From NCBI GenBank assembly GCA_040753775.1, contig JBFMDT010000004.1:1-56592 (forward strand): a stretch of 56,592 bases of DNA. Reading direction: 5' to 3'. Made by a program: the position numbers and the translations under genes. Position 1 is the stretch's first letter. Every line of letters starts with the position of its first letter. The DNA comes from Nanobdellota archaeon. Its GTDB lineage: Archaea; Nanobdellota; Nanobdellia; SCGC-AAA011-G17; JAFCDX01. This document shows, in pieces, positions 1 to 7,580 of this stretch. Under the pieces are notes generated by a model. The model saw nothing but the letters and a program-made list of their open reading frames with translations. It did no database searches and was not told the origin of the DNA.

Positions 1-83
1 TCCCATCTTTCATCCATCATCACCCTATTCACATGGCCCCAGGTTCCCTTTCCAGTTGATAAAATTGCTGCTAAATCTGTCAT
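1..83 (-). CDS. hypothetical protein, N-terminal fragment running off the left edge
   Basis: Minus-strand ATG at 83-81 opens MTDLAAILSTGKGTWGHVNRVMMDERW... and stays open to base 1. TATA-like ATTTAAATA lies about 20 nt upstream. Too short for the ORF track. Confidence 0.35.
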   Translation of the reverse strand, partial: MTDLAAILSTGKGTWGHVNRVMMDERW

Positions 84-129
84 AATCAACTAACATTTAT
101 TTCTATATTTAAATCTTGTCTTTATAACG

Positions 130-143
130 CATTGTAACGTTAA
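130..143 (-). promoter_or_regulatory. conserved box CATTGTAACGTTAA (gene-sense TTAACGTTACAATG), copy 1
   Basis: Identical 14-mer at 30554-30567 and a 12/14 copy at 4425-4438. Sits exactly 46 nt upstream of the ATG at 83, the same spacing as the copy upstream of the 4485 gene. Contains the palindrome TAACGTTA. Confidence 0.5.
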
Positions 144-188
144 AGGGAGTTGTAATACCCTTTATAGATAAAAATTAATAATTACAAC

Positions 189-920
189 TTATTTTATAGA
201 ATTCCATAATAATTCAAAATAATTCTTATAAGAACTTGCTAAATCTTTATTTTTGATTAAAATTACTCTTGGAACTTCTAACCAAAACCAAATAGTCACT
301 TTATCACTATAGATTGCAGTTGTTGTAGGGGTTGCAAATTCTTTAGGTAATTTCTTATTTTGTGAAAGGGGGGTTTCTAATACACCCGATACCTCTGTAA
401 ATAATTGTTTTGCTTTGATATTCTTCTTTTTTCTTATTCTTAAATACCTTTCAATAAAAAATTCTGGAAGATAATCCTTAACTTTACTACTTGCCCCAAA
501 TGTAACAAAATCCTTACCCTCATTTAAGATATCATTCATCACAGCTTTTATTCCTTCACTCCCTTCAAATATTTCAATTTTTACATCCTCTTTCCTGAAC
601 TCTTTTTGCAATTTTTCTATTTCAGGAATAATTTTTAATATCTCTTTTTTTTGTTTTTTTATAGTATCTTCTTTTTCCTTTAAGTAATCTAATATCCTCT
701 CTGGTTTTACTGCCTTAAAATATTTAATATTATTCATGATTACGTAAGAGATTAAACCTTTCTTAAGGAGTTTGTTTAATGTATCATAAACATGGGTCCT
801 TGATTCTCCACTAATTTTAGATATTTCTCCAGCAGTTATTTTCTCATGTTTTATAATAAGCAAATAAAAATTTGATTCTTTTTCGCTTAATCCAATCTCC
901 ATAAGTGTTGTTTTTAACAT
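189..920 (-). CDS. TrmB-family transcriptional regulator
   Basis: N-terminal winged-helix signature (GLSEKESNFYLLIIKHEKITAGEISKISGESRTHVYDTLNKLLKKGLI) plus a C-terminal TrmB-like domain. Paralogous to 29655-30476. Confidence 0.8.
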   Translation of the reverse strand: MLKTTLMEIGLSEKESNFYLLIIKHEKITAGEISKISGESRTHVYDTLNKLLKKGLISYVIMNNIKYFKAVKPERILDYLKEKEDTIKKQKKEILKIIPEIEKLQKEFRKEDVKIEIFEGSEGIKAVMNDILNEGKDFVTFGASSKVKDYLPEFFIERYLRIRKKKNIKAKQLFTEVSGVLETPLSQNKKLPKEFATPTTTAIYSDKVTIWFWLEVPRVILIKNKDLASSYKNYFELLWNSIK

Positions 921-1031
921 AATATTTTACAATTTGAACTTCTATTTAAATCTTTTGTCCTTAAATGGGACAGCATAGTTTTATAATTATCAATATTATT
1001 AATTAACTTAATAGTAGTAAAAAATAAGAAA

Positions 1032-2372
1032 ATGAAAGTACAGATATTTTACCCAAAAGCGACAATAGGATGTGGAGCACATAATGGAATTTATTGGCCA
1101 TTAACTACTCTTACCCTTGCATCATACGTTAGAGCAAACTCTCCACAAACAGAAATAGAAATTTTTGATGGAGAGCTTTATCCCGATAATAACTCTTTAG
1201 AGAGCAGAGTAGATCCAAATGCTAATATTGTGGGAATTAGCGCTACTAGCTTTAATTATTCTAATGTTCCTGAGATAGCAAAAAAAGCAAAAGAGAATGG
1301 CTCTATTGTTGTATTAGGGGGTTTACATGCTACTTATTTTGGAGAAACAATCTTGCAAAATAGGCCTTATATTGATGCAGTTATTTATGGTAAAGGAGAA
1401 AGGGCTTTTTTAGAATTTTTAGAACTTAAAGATAAATCAAAAGTGTCTAGTTTAATATGGAGAGATAACGGCGAAATTAGAAGAAACCCCGCAGGTAAGA
1501 TTATAAGTTTAGATGAATTGCCGCCATTAGATTATTCTCTGCTAGATTTAAAGACTTACTCAAGAAACCACAAACAAATATATCCTGATTTTCCCGACAA
1601 TCCGATGTCTGTTATGACACATGAAGGATGTGCTAAAAGAGAATCCTTTGGTCCTTGCAGTTTTTGTTCCATTAAAACTCATTTACATTTTCGCGATCCT
1701 AAAAATTTTTGGCAAGAAGTTATCAGAGGAGTTCAACAATATGGGTTTAATATAGTAAAAGATTGGGGAGATTCATTAACTGGAAATAAAAAATACATAT
1801 CAGAATTATTACAATCGCGACCGAAGAAATTAGAAAATTTAGAATTTAGCGTTTACAATGCTCTTGCAGATATTAATCAAGATGTTATAGATTTACTCAA
1901 AAGATTAAATGTTAGAATGCTTTTTGCTGCTGTAGAGTCTGCTAATGATAGTATTTTAAAAAATATGAATAAAAGAGTTACAAATGAAGAAATGAGAAAA
2001 GCTATAAAATTGATGGCAGAAAACAACATCCCTCTTTTTACTTCGTATGTTTTAGGAGAAAGAGGGGAAACTAGAACTACTTTAGAAGAAACATTGAGTT
2101 TTGCTAAAGAGATAAGAAATATGGCAGATGTGAGAGTTTCTAATGGTTCTCCTATGGTTCCTTTGCCCGGCTCTCCTAATTTTACGAAACTTGTATCCAA
2201 ATATCCAGAACTAAAAGATCAGGATTTAGTTGATCTTAAAGAGTTAAAAAAGTTATGGGTAAGAGCTTTTTGTCCTGAACTTCCTGATTACGAAATCCTT
2301 GAGGAATATGCCGAAAAGATTGGAGAACAAGGAAATATGCCAAATAGATATGGCTGGGATTTAAGAAAATGA
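1032..2372 (+). CDS. B12-binding-domain radical SAM protein (class B-like), unknown substrate
   Basis: N-terminal Rossmann-like cobalamin-binding-type region (VGISATSF...VVLGGLHATY). The Cys cluster GCAKRESFGPCSFC has C-x8-C-x2-C spacing instead of CxxxCxxC. Start codon preceded by an AT-rich promoter region. Confidence 0.7.
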   Translation: MKVQIFYPKATIGCGAHNGIYWPLTTLTLASYVRANSPQTEIEIFDGELYPDNNSLESRVDPNANIVGISATSFNYSNVPEIAKKAKENGSIVVLGGLHATYFGETILQNRPYIDAVIYGKGERAFLEFLELKDKSKVSSLIWRDNGEIRRNPAGKIISLDELPPLDYSLLDLKTYSRNHKQIYPDFPDNPMSVMTHEGCAKRESFGPCSFCSIKTHLHFRDPKNFWQEVIRGVQQYGFNIVKDWGDSLTGNKKYISELLQSRPKKLENLEFSVYNALADINQDVIDLLKRLNVRMLFAAVESANDSILKNMNKRVTNEEMRKAIKLMAENNIPLFTSYVLGERGETRTTLEETLSFAKEIRNMADVRVSNGSPMVPLPGSPNFTKLVSKYPELKDQDLVDLKELKKLWVRAFCPELPDYEILEEYAEKIGEQGNMPNRYGWDLRK

Positions 2373-3175
2373 CGATAGAGGATGTAATATTATCAAATGA
2401 TAAGAAAGGGATTTCAAAACTTAAAAAATATTTAAATAGAAATTTTTGTGAAAGTTCTACAAAATTTATTTTACAAAATTGTAAAAGAACAATTATTACG
2501 ACTGGGTTTTATGTTAACGGAACTTGTGAAACAGACGGATTAGTGGGTGCTATAAATCTTGCGAGTATTTTATCCGAGTTGGGAGCAGATATTACATTTA
2601 TTACAGATAAATATTGCTTTAATATTTTACAAAATATACAAGATTTTCCAGTAATTGAATTTCCATTAGGAGAAATAGGAGAGAGTTTCATAGACAATAT
2701 AATAAAAAGAATTAATCCGACATTGATTATAGCAATTGAAAGAAGTGGAGCAAGTTTAGATAACAAATATTATAATTTTAAAGGACAGGATATAACTAAA
2801 TTTACTGGAAAGATAGATATTTTATTTGAAAAAATTGAAAACTCTGTTTCAATTGGAGATACAGGTAATGAGATTGGAATGGGAAATTTATACAAAGAAA
2901 TTGTACAAGAGGGTGTTTATCCAAAACCTTCTAAAATAAAATCTAAACACTTAGTCTTAAGTTCTATTTCTAATTGGGGATGTTATGGGGTTATAAGATA
3001 TATCTCTAAATTAACAAAGAGAGATTATCTGAGTAGAATTGAAGATTTATCTATTTTAAAAAAATTGAATTTGTTAGGTGTTGTTGATGGAGTAAATGGA
3101 GAGTTAGCCACAACTGTTGATACATATTCTCCAGAAGATACTAAAGAAATTTTAGAGCATTTAAAGTGTTGCTAA
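2369..3175 (+). CDS. DUF4392 (D-glutamate cyclase-like) domain protein
   Basis: Motif TGFYVNGTCETDGLVGAINLASIL matches the GF..ETDG..GA core I associate with DUF4392/PF14336. ATGA overlap with the radical SAM gene indicates translational coupling. Confidence 0.6.
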   Translation: MTIEDVILSNDKKGISKLKKYLNRNFCESSTKFILQNCKRTIITTGFYVNGTCETDGLVGAINLASILSELGADITFITDKYCFNILQNIQDFPVIEFPLGEIGESFIDNIIKRINPTLIIAIERSGASLDNKYYNFKGQDITKFTGKIDILFEKIENSVSIGDTGNEIGMGNLYKEIVQEGVYPKPSKIKSKHLVLSSISNWGCYGVIRYISKLTKRDYLSRIEDLSILKKLNLLGVVDGVNGELATTVDTYSPEDTKEILEHLKCC

Positions 3176-4105
3176 TTTTATTAAATCCAACCATCTATTA
3201 ATTCCTAATTCTAATTCAGGTATAGCAACTTCAGCAGGGGTTTTACCATCAAGAGCCATATGTTTCCTATTAAAATTATAATTTATTTCTAATCCTTTCA
3301 TAATTGCATAAGCACTCTCTAAACAACCATGAAAACCCCTCATAACCTTTGTTCTTTCCCTTATTGTGTTATGCAATCTTTCAATAGGATGATTAAAACC
3401 TCTTTCAGAAGCTATAACAACATTATGAATTATCTTGCTTTTTGTTCTGGATGAAGCATGATAAGGAGATTGTAAGCTGAATGTTTTTCTCAAAACAGCA
3501 GGATAACCCATTAATCCATCTGTTGTTACTATCTCCACTTGTTCTCCTGTTTTGAATCTTGTTCTTTTCAAAACTTTAGTAAGATTCTCATTAGTCCTAC
3601 TTTTCATATATTCTCCCGCAATCATGAATCTTGTTTGAACATCAAAAGTATCAACAAACCAATTCTGCTCAACTCCTTTCATACCTTTTTGATGGTATAA
3701 CCTTCTGTGATATTCCATTTCGTCAGACATCATTTCATTTCCAGCTTGTATTGGTAAATTATCCGTAAGATTGCTTACCATCATGGAATATTTTACAATC
3801 CATCTATAAACTGACATATGACTAGAATTTGTCGGATAAAAAGCTTGGTAATGTTCCTGCACTTTCCTTAAAGAAACGCCTTTATAATACAAATCAATTC
3901 CAGCAGTAATCTTATTTGGATGATTTCTCATTCTGTAAAAACCATCATCAATAATAAATCTAAAATTACATTCTTTACATCTATATCTTTGAATTTTGCC
4001 TCTATTTTGTGTCCTTCTTTTTCCATCTTTCTTGATCTTGTTAGAACTACATTTAGGACAAGAAACTTTTTTATACTTCTCTTGGATTATATCTTTTGAT
4101 TTCAT
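3161..4105 (-). CDS. IS6/IS240-like DDE transposase with N-terminal zinc ribbon
   Basis: CPKC...CKEC zinc ribbon, then a DDE-like pattern (SDEMEY ... VTTDGL ... NHPIERLHNTIRERTKVMRGF) typical of DDE_Tnp_IS240-type transposases. Confidence 0.7.
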   Translation of the reverse strand: MKSKDIIQEKYKKVSCPKCSSNKIKKDGKRRTQNRGKIQRYRCKECNFRFIIDDGFYRMRNHPNKITAGIDLYYKGVSLRKVQEHYQAFYPTNSSHMSVYRWIVKYSMMVSNLTDNLPIQAGNEMMSDEMEYHRRLYHQKGMKGVEQNWFVDTFDVQTRFMIAGEYMKSRTNENLTKVLKRTRFKTGEQVEIVTTDGLMGYPAVLRKTFSLQSPYHASSRTKSKIIHNVVIASERGFNHPIERLHNTIRERTKVMRGFHGCLESAYAIMKGLEINYNFNRKHMALDGKTPAEVAIPELELGINRWLDLIKLATL

Positions 4106-4126
4106 TTGTTTGACGACGGTGAAATC

Positions 4127-4144
4127 GGGACTCTTCGGAGTCCC
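4127..4144. other. perfect 7-bp hairpin GGGACTC-TTCG-GAGTCCC in the transposase leader
   Basis: Read directly. Lies 22-39 nt upstream of the transposase ATG (4105). On the plus strand it is followed by TTATTTTT. Confidence 0.6.
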
Positions 4145-4155
4145 TTATTTTTACT

Positions 4156-4173
4156 TATTAGGTATACCTAATA
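4156..4173. promoter_or_regulatory. 18-bp perfect palindrome TATTAGGTATACCTAATA
   Basis: Read directly. Shares the half-site TTAGGT and the direct repeat TTATTAGGT with the palindrome 46 bp downstream. Confidence 0.45.
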
Positions 4174-4203
4174 GGTAATACTACTATATAAACTTTTCGG
4201 TTA

Positions 4204-4217
4204 TTAGGTTAACCTAA
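4204..4217. promoter_or_regulatory. 14-bp perfect palindrome TTAGGTTAACCTAA
   Basis: Read directly. Ends 10 nt upstream of the TATA box of the 4256 zinc-ribbon gene. Confidence 0.45.
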
Positions 4218-4226
4218 ATAGTAAAC

Positions 4227-4235
4227 TTTATATAT
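4227..4235 (+). promoter_or_regulatory. TATA box (TTTATATAT) for the 4256 gene
   Basis: Centred about 25 nt upstream of the ATG at 4256, consistent with a leaderless archaeal transcript. Confidence 0.5.
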
Positions 4236-4255
4236 CTCGGTTCTTTAGAATAATT

Positions 4256-4399
4256 ATGGCAATCCAAAAAGTATTTGGAAATGAAGAAATCTACAAGTGT
4301 GAAAAATGTGGACACACTTGGATGAAAAGAGGAGATGAAAGACCTCTTATCTGCCCTAAATGTAAAACTGCTAGATGGAACAAACCAAAGAAGAAATAA
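4256..4399 (+). CDS. small zinc-ribbon protein (47 aa)
   Basis: MAIQKVFGNEEIYKCEKCGHTWMKRGDERPLICPKCKTARWNKPKKK has two CxxC pairs and a basic tail. TATA box at the correct distance. Below the ORF-track length cut-off. The antisense track ORF 4214-4441 has no features. Confidence 0.6.
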   Translation: MAIQKVFGNEEIYKCEKCGHTWMKRGDERPLICPKCKTARWNKPKKK

Positions 4400-4424
4400 T
4401 TTTTTTTGAGTTAGACAACTCCCG

Positions 4425-4438
4425 CTTACGTTACAATG
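4425..4438 (+). promoter_or_regulatory. conserved box CTTACGTTACAATG, copy 3
   Basis: 12/14 match to the gene-sense form of the 130-143 and 30554-30567 boxes. Exactly 46 nt upstream of the ATG at 4485. Followed by TTTATAATAAA and TATTTAAACA. Confidence 0.5.
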
Positions 4439-4484
4439 CATCTTTATAATAAACTATTTAAACATAAAAAGAGTGAATTAACTA

Positions 4485-4925
4485 ATGCCAAAAACAATTT
4501 CAAAAGACATCCCCTTAGCAGAAATTACTTTAAGAAAATATGAAAAGCCATCTAACACAGAAAAAAGGGAATTGATAAGAAAGGTTTGCTTGTCAGTTGG
4601 TTTGTTGCAGCCAGGGGATTCCAGAGACATTATAGTTGATATTTTGCAAGTTCTTCTTACAAACTCTTCCCCATCACCAGAAGAAATCAATGAGCTTGTA
4701 ATAAAATCAAGAAATAAATACAAGCTTCCATTAAAGGGAGTTGCCCCATCAAACATAAGAAGGCAGTTGAAAAGGCTAAAGGATTTGTTTATAATAGAAA
4801 AAGTAAATAATAAATACAGAATAACTGAAAATGAATCTTTGGCAAAAGTATTTGAAAATAAGATAGAAAAATATTACCTAAATTCCATAATAGAGCGAAT
4901 AAAAGAGTATCTTAATTCAATATAA
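4485..4925 (+). CDS. putative winged-helix DNA-binding protein
   Basis: The N-terminal LAEITLRKYEKP...RELIRKVCLSVGLLQPGDSRDIIVDILQVLL pattern recalls a conserved archaeal HTH family. The family name is not certain. Confidence 0.45.
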   Translation: MPKTISKDIPLAEITLRKYEKPSNTEKRELIRKVCLSVGLLQPGDSRDIIVDILQVLLTNSSPSPEEINELVIKSRNKYKLPLKGVAPSNIRRQLKRLKDLFIIEKVNNKYRITENESLAKVFENKIEKYYLNSIIERIKEYLNSI

Positions 4926-5589
4926 TAATATCCGCATAATTCCTTGTTGGCAATACACATCTTTTGTACATCGGCTCAACTGTTTCTTCCCACTGTTTTA
5001 TTATACTTTCATAACTTCTTCCGCGTTCTTTCATATCTCTTTTAATCCTTCTTTCCAACCTTTTTTCACTTTGGGAATCTATGAATACCTTAATGTCCAA
5101 AACGTCTTTTATAGCATCACTTAGGGCAAATAATCCATCAACTATTATTACTGGATTAGGTTCAAATTTTTCATAGCCTTTCCTCAAATGTGTTTTAAAA
5201 TCATAAATCGGTTTTTTAATAGCAACTCCATTTTTTAATAAATCTAGGTGCTCCCTGAGAAAATCTAAATCCAGGGTATTTGGATCATCGAAATTCAGGT
5301 CTTTCATTAAGTCTATCCCTTTGTAATAGTCATCCATACTAATAATTTTTTCCTTAAGTTTTTTTGAAAAATATGTCTTTCCAGAACTAGAACCGCCCCC
5401 TATTCCTATTATTATGACATCTTGCAATTTATTCAATTCGCTTATCCTGCTTTTTACTAACCACAAACCAGTCTTTAAATCACTACATATTTTTACTCCA
5501 TGTTTGTCACTTTCTTTTTCTTTGAATGCTATCAGGATTCTGTCTTCAATAGGTGGGCCAAGAGGATTGTCAAAAAATTGATTTGCCAT
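4912..5589 (-). CDS. udk: uridine kinase / PRK-family nucleoside kinase
   Basis: P-loop IIGIGGGSSSGKT, then DDYYK, and a C-terminal R.RD..ERG pattern typical of uridine kinase. Confidence 0.8.
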   Translation of the reverse strand: MANQFFDNPLGPPIEDRILIAFKEKESDKHGVKICSDLKTGLWLVKSRISELNKLQDVIIIGIGGGSSSGKTYFSKKLKEKIISMDDYYKGIDLMKDLNFDDPNTLDLDFLREHLDLLKNGVAIKKPIYDFKTHLRKGYEKFEPNPVIIVDGLFALSDAIKDVLDIKVFIDSQSEKRLERRIKRDMKERGRSYESIIKQWEETVEPMYKRCVLPTRNYADIIILN

Positions 5590-5637
5590 TATATGTTTAT
5601 TATAAAATATTATACTTTATAAATATTTCCAAAAAAT

Positions 5638-5782
5638 CGCCGAGGGTGGGAGTTTCAGTCTTTTTTATTTTTCTGAAAAGCTCTTTTGAACCCACACATC
5701 CCGAAGGATACAAGCTACCTAGTATATTTCCAGGTTCGCATATTTTTGTATCTTGCGCAATACCAGGTTATGCGACCTCGGC
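5638..5782 (-). tRNA. tRNA-Ser(GGA) with three inferred introns (about 5735-5751, 5717-5727, 5652-5684)
   Basis: Acceptor GCCGAGG/CCTCGGC, anticodon stem CAAGC/GCTTG, loop CTGGAAA, long variable arm ATCC-TTCG-GGAT, T-arm GTGGG-TTCAAAT-CCCAC, G73. 145 nt raw and 84 nt after excision. T-run follows the 3' end. Confidence 0.65.
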
Positions 5783-5822
5783 TTATCAAAGAATTAACAA
5801 TAATAATTTATAAAACTATTCA

Positions 5823-6299
5823 TCATCTTACTTTTATAGGGCCCATAGCTAATCTCTCTTTAGGTGCTGCATCTTCGGACAAGTTCTGCAATTCAAAAGG
5901 CATTGTTACATAATCGTCTATATAATAATCATAGCCCTTCAAAACATAATTTCCACTTGGCCAATTGTTGGGTATTATATAGTTAAAGGATGTTTTATCA
6001 AAGCATTTGTAATTTTCCTTGCACCAGATTGAAGTCTTGTCTATGCACAAACCGCTAGTCTTGCAGAATTTTAAGGTTTTATGCAAACCGTTGCTTCCGG
6101 GTTTTACTGTTATAATAACTTCCTGCCCATTTGCAATAACATTTGGGTTTATATATACCTTGCTGACTTTATCTGACTTTTCAACATTACTTATAGTTGC
6201 TTTTCCAGTGTAAGTTGCATAAGGAAACATCTTTGTAAACAATATGCCCGTACCAACTATCAACAATACCATTAAGAATAAAGTTCTAGTATCAGCCAT
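5823..6299 (-). CDS. membrane-anchored Cys-rich hypothetical protein (last gene of the pilus locus)
   Basis: N-terminal TM helix (LFLMVLLIVGTGILF), then a beta-rich domain with 6 Cys. Same strand as the pilus genes and tightly spaced with them. Confidence 0.5.
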   Translation of the reverse strand: MADTRTLFLMVLLIVGTGILFTKMFPYATYTGKATISNVEKSDKVSKVYINPNVIANGQEVIITVKPGSNGLHKTLKFCKTSGLCIDKTSIWCKENYKCFDKTSFNYIIPNNWPSGNYVLKGYDYYIDDYVTMPFELQNLSEDAAPKERLAMGPIKVR

Positions 6300-6339
6300 A
6301 AATTACTGCACCCCTTTTTGTTTATATAATTTTCTTTTT

Positions 6340-6762
6340 TCATTGCCAGATATACAGCCTTAATATTTTGTATCCTGGGACAGTTATAAGCATGCTTTTT
6401 GCATATACAGTCTTTTCAGGAAGGCTAGGCGGTGTTGTACAACTTGAACCTGTATCCTTACACCAACAACTACCTCCTTTATTACATAACATAAAAGTAT
6501 AAGAATAACCAGCCGGAATATTCCCTTCTATAAAACCATCAAACCTACCAAAAGCACCAGCATCATTATCAGCGTTATATATGTCTTCCCTTAGTTCATC
6601 ACTTTGTTGTATTCCAGAAAATATTGCATTCTGTGTAGCCTTAATTCCCTCAGGAACTTTTAATTCCTTGCCTTCGCTTTTTGGTGTTATGGTGTACATA
6701 AAAATGAATATGAGTATTATGGCAATTACAGCTTCTAATGTTCTTAAGTATCCTCTCTTCAT
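6340..6762 (-). CDS. pilin-like protein with class III signal peptide
   Basis: MKRGYLRTLEAVIAIILIFIF: a short basic leader, Gly, then a hydrophobic helix with Glu. Confidence 0.55.
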   Translation of the reverse strand: MKRGYLRTLEAVIAIILIFIFMYTITPKSEGKELKVPEGIKATQNAIFSGIQQSDELREDIYNADNDAGAFGRFDGFIEGNIPAGYSYTFMLCNKGGSCWCKDTGSSCTTPPSLPEKTVYAKSMLITVPGYKILRLYIWQ

Positions 6763-6763
6763 T

Positions 6764-7561
6764 TTACCACGCTCTTATATTAACAGTTACAGGCATATTT
6801 GTTCCATCCTTGTTTAATATCCAGTCGCTCCACTGCTTTACATAAACATTAACATTAATTGGGGGCTCTCCCGCTGTACTGTAACTATAAGCAGTACTTC
6901 CATCCTTGTTGTAAATAGTTATTGAAAACTCCCTTGTGCTTGGATAATCTAAATATTTCAAAACACTTAATCTATCTATGGGCTTTATTCCACCCAACCT
7001 TTCATTTACGCCAAGTATATAATCAAAACAATCTTCAGTGTTGCAACTAGGTTTTCCTGGAGTTCCGCATACTTCTTCCTTTAAAAACTCACTTCCATAA
7101 GCCTCGGCCTTGTTATAAAAGAGCCAATATTTATTTGTGCCTGCTTGAATACTATCGGCCCTGAAATCTAAATATTTTGTTGCTTCACCTTTAAGATTAG
7201 ATTTAATAAGTTTAGTTTGATCTTCATTCTTCATAAAAAAGTTATTGTTATTCCAATTAAAAGGAAAATCAGCTATCTCAAGATTGTCATTATATTCGCT
7301 ACCAGGTCCACTTTTCTTGCATCCTGGGGAGCTATACTGGTTATCGCTGACCCTAATAAACAATGGAATTTTATCAATATCCCAGTAAAAACCATCTCTG
7401 AAATCATTCTCAACTATTTTTAGAAGTATTTTGCCTTCGTCTATTGGTCTATAGCCTGGCTTGATGAATATAAAAAGTATCAATACATAAACTATAAACA
7501 AACCCATGCTTACAACCCAGTCTATATGGCTTACCCCTTTTTTCATAGTACCTTGTTGCAT
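6764..7561 (-). CDS. pilin-like / pilus-associated membrane-anchored protein
   Basis: MKKGVSHIDWVVSMGLFIVYVLILFIF after an optional 5-aa extension (alternative start 7546). 1-nt gap to the next gene. Confidence 0.45.
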   Translation of the reverse strand: MQQGTMKKGVSHIDWVVSMGLFIVYVLILFIFIKPGYRPIDEGKILLKIVENDFRDGFYWDIDKIPLFIRVSDNQYSSPGCKKSGPGSEYNDNLEIADFPFNWNNNNFFMKNEDQTKLIKSNLKGEATKYLDFRADSIQAGTNKYWLFYNKAEAYGSEFLKEEVCGTPGKPSCNTEDCFDYILGVNERLGGIKPIDRLSVLKYLDYPSTREFSITIYNKDGSTAYSYSTAGEPPINVNVYVKQWSDWILNKDGTNMPVTVNIRAW

Positions 7562-7580
7562 TTCTTGTTCTTAAATCTTT

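Larger units (their letters stand above)
3161..4144 (-). mobile_element. insertion sequence (IS6/IS240-like); true ends not identified
   Basis: Transposase ORF plus a 5' leader hairpin. I could not find terminal inverted repeats, so the bounds are only the ORF plus leader. Confidence 0.4.

Noticed and set aside
149-188. 8-bp inverted repeat GTTGTAAT...ATTACAAC downstream of the TrmB gene
   Set aside because: The 24-nt AT-rich loop and short AT-rich arms make a weak structure that is expected by chance at this base composition.
921-1031. TTTTACAATTTG upstream of the radical SAM gene as a fourth copy of the ACGTTACAATG box
   Set aside because: Only 7 of 11 core positions match and the ACGT core is missing, so it is indistinguishable from AT-rich background.
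3100-4255. Search for terminal inverted repeats and target-site duplication of the IS
   Set aside because: I found no convincing matching ends by eye. The TTAGGT palindromes at 4156-4217 have no partner left of 3161, so the IS boundaries are left undefined.
4214-4441. 75-aa minus-strand track ORF
   Set aside because: It has no motifs or promoter. The opposite strand carries a zinc-ribbon ORF with a correctly spaced TATA box.
5553-5913. Track ORFs 5553-5813 and 5686-5913 (+)
   Set aside because: They overlap the minus-strand tRNA-Ser locus and its promoter, have no recognisable motifs, and have odd composition. The RNA gene explains this region better.
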